A DNA stretch of 64,000 bases, taken from contig OZ024747.1 in NCBI GenBank assembly GCA_964016885.1, forward strand, positions 20,770,001 through 20,834,000, written 5' to 3'. Positions within the stretch are counted from its first letter, which is position 1. Each line of letters begins with the position of its first letter. Shown one piece after another: positions 60,012-64,000 of this stretch. The position numbers and the translations under genes were made by a program. The notes beneath the pieces were generated by a model. The model searched no databases. It was not told where the DNA came from and was given only the letters and a program-made list of their open reading frames with translations. The stretch comes from Eledone cirrhosa. Lineage: Eukaryota.

Positions 60012-60841
60012 TAAGATAATACCGCGACATTGTAGTCTATAGTGTAGATGATTGCATCGACTCCAATATTAACTGGCATCTGTTTTCTCGACTTTATAGG
60101 TTTGATAGTTTTGAAAAATATATTCAATCGGAGTGTGGGATTTAAACTCAAGACGTAAAGGGGCAGTATCAAATGCTACAAACTATTTTTCTAGCTCTCT
60201 AACGTCGATGAAATAAATTACCAATCAAGTAATGGGATGAATATAATTGATTTTCCCCTCCCCAAATTTTTTGGGATTATGAAACCATTATTTAAATATC
60301 CATACTGACAGCGATTTTGTAACTCACTACACTGAATTTAAATTACGGGAGCTCCTTTGTGTCTAGTTCAACCAAAACTAGTTTGAAACTATAATCTTTC
60401 TGTTGCCAGGCGTCTATGATATTACTAAGATTTTCCTGTATTGAATTTATTCCTGTGTTGAACTTGTATTCAGCTCAGCTATGTTCATGTATTCGGATTA
60501 AAACAATTACGATATAAGGGATTTTGTTCAAGCCATTAAAAATCATTTATACATTGTTATATTCACCTTTACGTTATTTCATTGTAACAATGGTTTCTAA
60601 AGTTGGCGCAAGGCTAACAAATTTAAGATGATGGGGAAAATCGATAATACTGGCCCCACTATTTTAGTATATTTTATTTTATCAAACTCGACAAGATGAA
60701 TAGCAGAGTTGACTGCGGCCAGGTTTGAACTTAAAGAGCCGGAACAAATACTGCTAAGCATTTCTTCGACGCTCTAAAGATACTGTCAATGTGTCACACG
60801 ATATAGTGTTAGGTATAATCATCATTGTCCACACACACACA

Positions 60842-60893
<52 letters not shown>

Positions 60894-61209
60894 AATAAAT
60901 ATTTTATATATGTACATGCATATATATGTATTCCCAACAATGGCTGACTAAATGCATACATGCTTTTCTCCGTTCCTTCCAATTCTCACCCCATTTATTT
61001 ATTTTATATTTTTATTTCTCATTTATCTTCTGGTGAATGTCTAGTGTCCGACACCTAAATGCTCTTTTCCTACTATACCAAGCGTTAAAATACTATATGT
61101 GTATTTTAAAAAGCTCAATGATTCTACCATGATGAAATAAGTACTAGATTTCCGTCAAATATATCGTCTATCGAGAGATAACATTCCTAGTGCATATCAC
61201 TGGAATGGA

Positions 61210-61500
61210 CTTCCATTGGCTTCGACGATTGTTCGATCAACGGAATTGCATGCTCATAAAAAATAACGTACAAGTAGTTAAGCATTTTGCCCTTAACATA
61301 TTTCTCAGGGAGATTCAGTGTTATACACAGCGTGTCAAGGCTGGCCCATTGAATTACAGGTAGGGTCCCTGTGATTGGTTTCCGATTAGCTTCCGTCTAC
61401 CATTAGGCATACGTCAACTCGAGGATATGGCACTTGCCCAAGATTCTATGCAGTGGAATTTCATCTGTGCCAAGCAAACTCCTTAACCATTCAGCCACAG
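61210..61500 (-). mobile_element. Older SINE family B; relatives at about 1978-2230, 8495-8700 and 10150-10400
   Basis: Shared gctc(a/g)tgaaattaacg...cccttaac...gggagattcag...ggctggc motifs. Confidence 0.6.
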
Positions 61501-62097
61501 TGCTTCCATTTCATTTCATTACCATGTTATTAGATACCAATTCCTTTTTCTTTTTTTATTGTGACATTGACTATTTTAGAATAGAAATGAGATGTTGAAA
61601 GGTTGAATTAATTTCTCAAGTAGTTTAACATTATATATGATAATAACTCTCTAAAACACTTAATGGATAAGATCAAAACCATGTTTTGCTCTCTTCTAAC
61701 TACATTTTAACTTCTCTATACTGTATGGCTAGGGGTTTAACAGCTTATGTGATAATAGCTGACTGAAATACTTAATAGGTAGATCAAAACCATGCTTTGG
61801 TCTTTGATAACTACGTTTTAACCTGTCTGTACCGTAGGGCAACGACCTTTTATATATTTTGACATATTCGTACATGATATAATCACATTACCTGCTGCAG
61901 GTCATATTGTTGTTGTAATAGTGGTAGATATATAAATTGGACAAAGGTGAAACCACTGAAGAATAAAGAAACACATTATATTTCATGATATTGGATGCAA
62001 AACTAGATTAAAATCATTCTCTATTTGACAGGAAATAATTGGCTTTTGTTGTTTTGGTTATTATTAGTTTTGTTATTATTATTATCATCATTACGAG

Positions 62098-62815
62098 GGG
62101 CGGTGGATTGACAGTATCGGTAGAGGGGCGGACGCCATGCTTTGACGCATAGAGTTACGGCCCTTGCCATTCTGAGTTCAAATCCCGCTGAGGTTAACTT
62201 TGCCTTTCATCCTTACGGGATCGATAAAATAAAGTACCAGTAATGCACTGGGTAATTGCTGGCCTTATGCCAAAAGTAGAAACAATTATTATCATCATTA
62301 CGGCGGTGGATTGGCAGTATCGGTAGAGCATCGAACGCCATGCTTTTCAGCATAGAGTTATGTCCCTTTATGATCTGAGTTCAAATCTCGCCGAGGTTAA
62401 CTTTGCTTTTCATCCTTACGGGGTCTATAAAATATAGTACCAGTCACGCACTGGGGTCGATTTAATCGATTTACCCCTCCCTCAAAATTGTTGGTCTTGT
62501 GCCTATATAAGAAGCCATTATTATCATCATTAGGACGGAGGATTGGCAGTATCGGTAGAGCGTATGACATCCTGCACCACAGCATCGAGTTACGGCCCTT
62601 TGGGTTCTGATTTCAAATCTTGCCGAGGTTAGCTTTGCCTTTCATTCTTACGGGGTCAATAAAGTAACAGTAATGCACTGGCCTCGATTTAATCAACTTT
62701 CCCCCCTCCCAAAATTGATGACCTTGTATCTATCGTAGAAATGATTATTAAGGACGGTGGATTGGCAGTTTCAGTAGAGTATTGGACACTATGCTTCTAG
62801 GTTCAAATCTTGCCG
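62098..62815 (+). mobile_element. Head-to-tail array of four SINE family A copies
   Basis: Heads ggcggtggattggcag-like near 62098, 62301, 62532 and 62752, separated by (att/atc)n tails. Confidence 0.88.
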
Positions 62816-63760
62816 ATAGCTGGGCCTATTGTTATGATCCAGAGACCAAGAGACAGAGTGCCTAGTGGAAACATTCTGATTCACCCAGACCCAAAATGGC
62901 CAGGCAAAGCAGGTCCACTGGGAAGTTCATGATGATCCCATTCTTCGACAGCAAGGGCATCATCTACATCCACTGGGTCTCCCACGACGAGACAGTCAAC
63001 AAAGCGTACTATGTAGAGGTTTTGAGGCAGTTGAGAAAGAGATTTCGTCACAAGTCTGGTGACACTAGAATAATGCCCTCTACCATAAATCCATATTGGT
63101 GACCAAGTACCTGGCCGATATGGGGATCAGGACTGTACCTTTGAGGATGAAGGAGGCTGTGACAAATGCCTTGATCCCCTTCCCTTTGGAGGACTACAAG
63201 GAGGTCTTCCAGAAGGGGTTGGTAAGCTACAACAAGTGCATTAAAGTTGGAGGACGCTACTGTGACAAATGCCCTGATCCCCTTCCCTTTGGAGGACTAC
63301 AAGGAGGTCTTCCAGAAGGGGTTGGTAAGCTACAACAAGTGCATTAAAGTTGGAGGACGCTACTGTGACAAATGCCCTGATCCCCTTCCCTTTGGAGGAC
63401 TACAAGGAGGTCTTCCAGAAGGGGTTGGTAAGCTACAACAAGTGCATTAAAGTTGGAGGACGCTACTGTGACAAATGCCCTGATCCCCTTCCCTTTGGAG
63501 GACTACAAGGAGGTCTTCCAGAAGGGGTTGGTAAGCTACAACAAGTGCATTAAAGTTGGAGGACCCTACTGTGACAAATGCCCTGATCCCCTTCCCTTTG
63601 GAGGAATACAAGGAGGTCTTCCAGAAGGGGTTGGTAAGCTACAACAAGTGCATTAAAGTTGGAGGACCCTACTTTGAGGGAGATTAGAGTTCTGTGTTGA
63701 TCTTTGCTAATTAAATATCTCTATGATAAAAGTCTCAAAACCTCTTGAGTGTACCTCGTA
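62815..63760 (+). mobile_element. Mariner transposase pseudogene (3' part) with right terminus
   Basis: WAYCYDPETKRQSA*WKHSDSPRPK...FFDSKGII...TVNKAYYVEVLRQLR, ending KCIKVGGPYFEGD*; terminus ...gtgtacctcg|TA. Confidence 0.88.
63157..63671 (+). repeat. 5 x 103-bp tandem repeat of the transposase C-terminus
   Basis: Units start at 63157, 63260, 63363, 63466 and 63569 and are nearly identical. Confidence 0.95.
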
Positions 63761-63960
63761 CTTGGGTCAATTTATCTATTTTCCCCTACAAACAAATTAC
63801 TAGCCTAATTGCCTAAAGTAAACATCATTCCTTGTCCAGTTTGAATAAGACGTGATTCGTTTTGCTATCAGTATTGTGGACGTTTTTCACGAGGTGAAAT
63901 TACATTGAAAATATATTTTTTGTTATGTGTGCCATCAACACAAAGATAGATAATAAATTT

Positions 63961-63986
63961 CTAATGCTGCTGTTTTTCGTTTGCAG
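63961..63986 (+). promoter_or_regulatory. Candidate 3' splice site
   Basis: ctaat branch-like motif, pyrimidine-rich tract, then tttgcag at the window edge. Confidence 0.25.
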
Positions 63987-64000
63987 AAAAAGGCATAAAT

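Noticed and set aside
62092-62099. tacgagg as the left mariner TIR
   Set aside because: Only 7 bp match the right terminus and they overlap a SINE head; this could be chance.
63157-63671. CRISPR-like array
   Set aside because: Whole units are identical with no unique spacers, and the sequence is mariner-derived in a eukaryotic context.

Overview
Eukaryotic, AT-rich, repeat-dominated DNA with no credible host coding exon. The SINE families resemble, from memory, those of cephalopod (Octopus-like) genomes; this is an inference. Almost every ORF in the track is a microsatellite artefact ((TA)n, (CA)n, (CT)n, (CAT)n), including the 3008-aa Thr-rich ORF, which lies over a 39-bp ACC-derived minisatellite (about 22.7-31.3 kb). 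The real protein remnants are all transposon-derived: a Penelope-like element (RT on +, GIY-YIG on - as an inverted arm, 37.0-38.7 kb), RTE, CR1/L2, Tx1-like and CRE-like LINE fragments, and a mariner transposase whose C-terminus is amplified 5 x 103 bp. Also present are many tRNA-derived SINEs, hAT and piggyBac-like MITEs and a non-autonomous Helitron in two copies. The main hidden structure is a set of about ten minimal type-I hammerhead ribozyme folds in unrelated short non-coding elements embedded in or next to (TA)n tracts. These elements are built either as fold-back inverted repeats or as 550-700 bp monomers bracketed by terminal direct repeats (retrozyme-like). In one case the inverted arm begins at the predicted self-cleavage site. 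All folds were read by eye and none has been tested.
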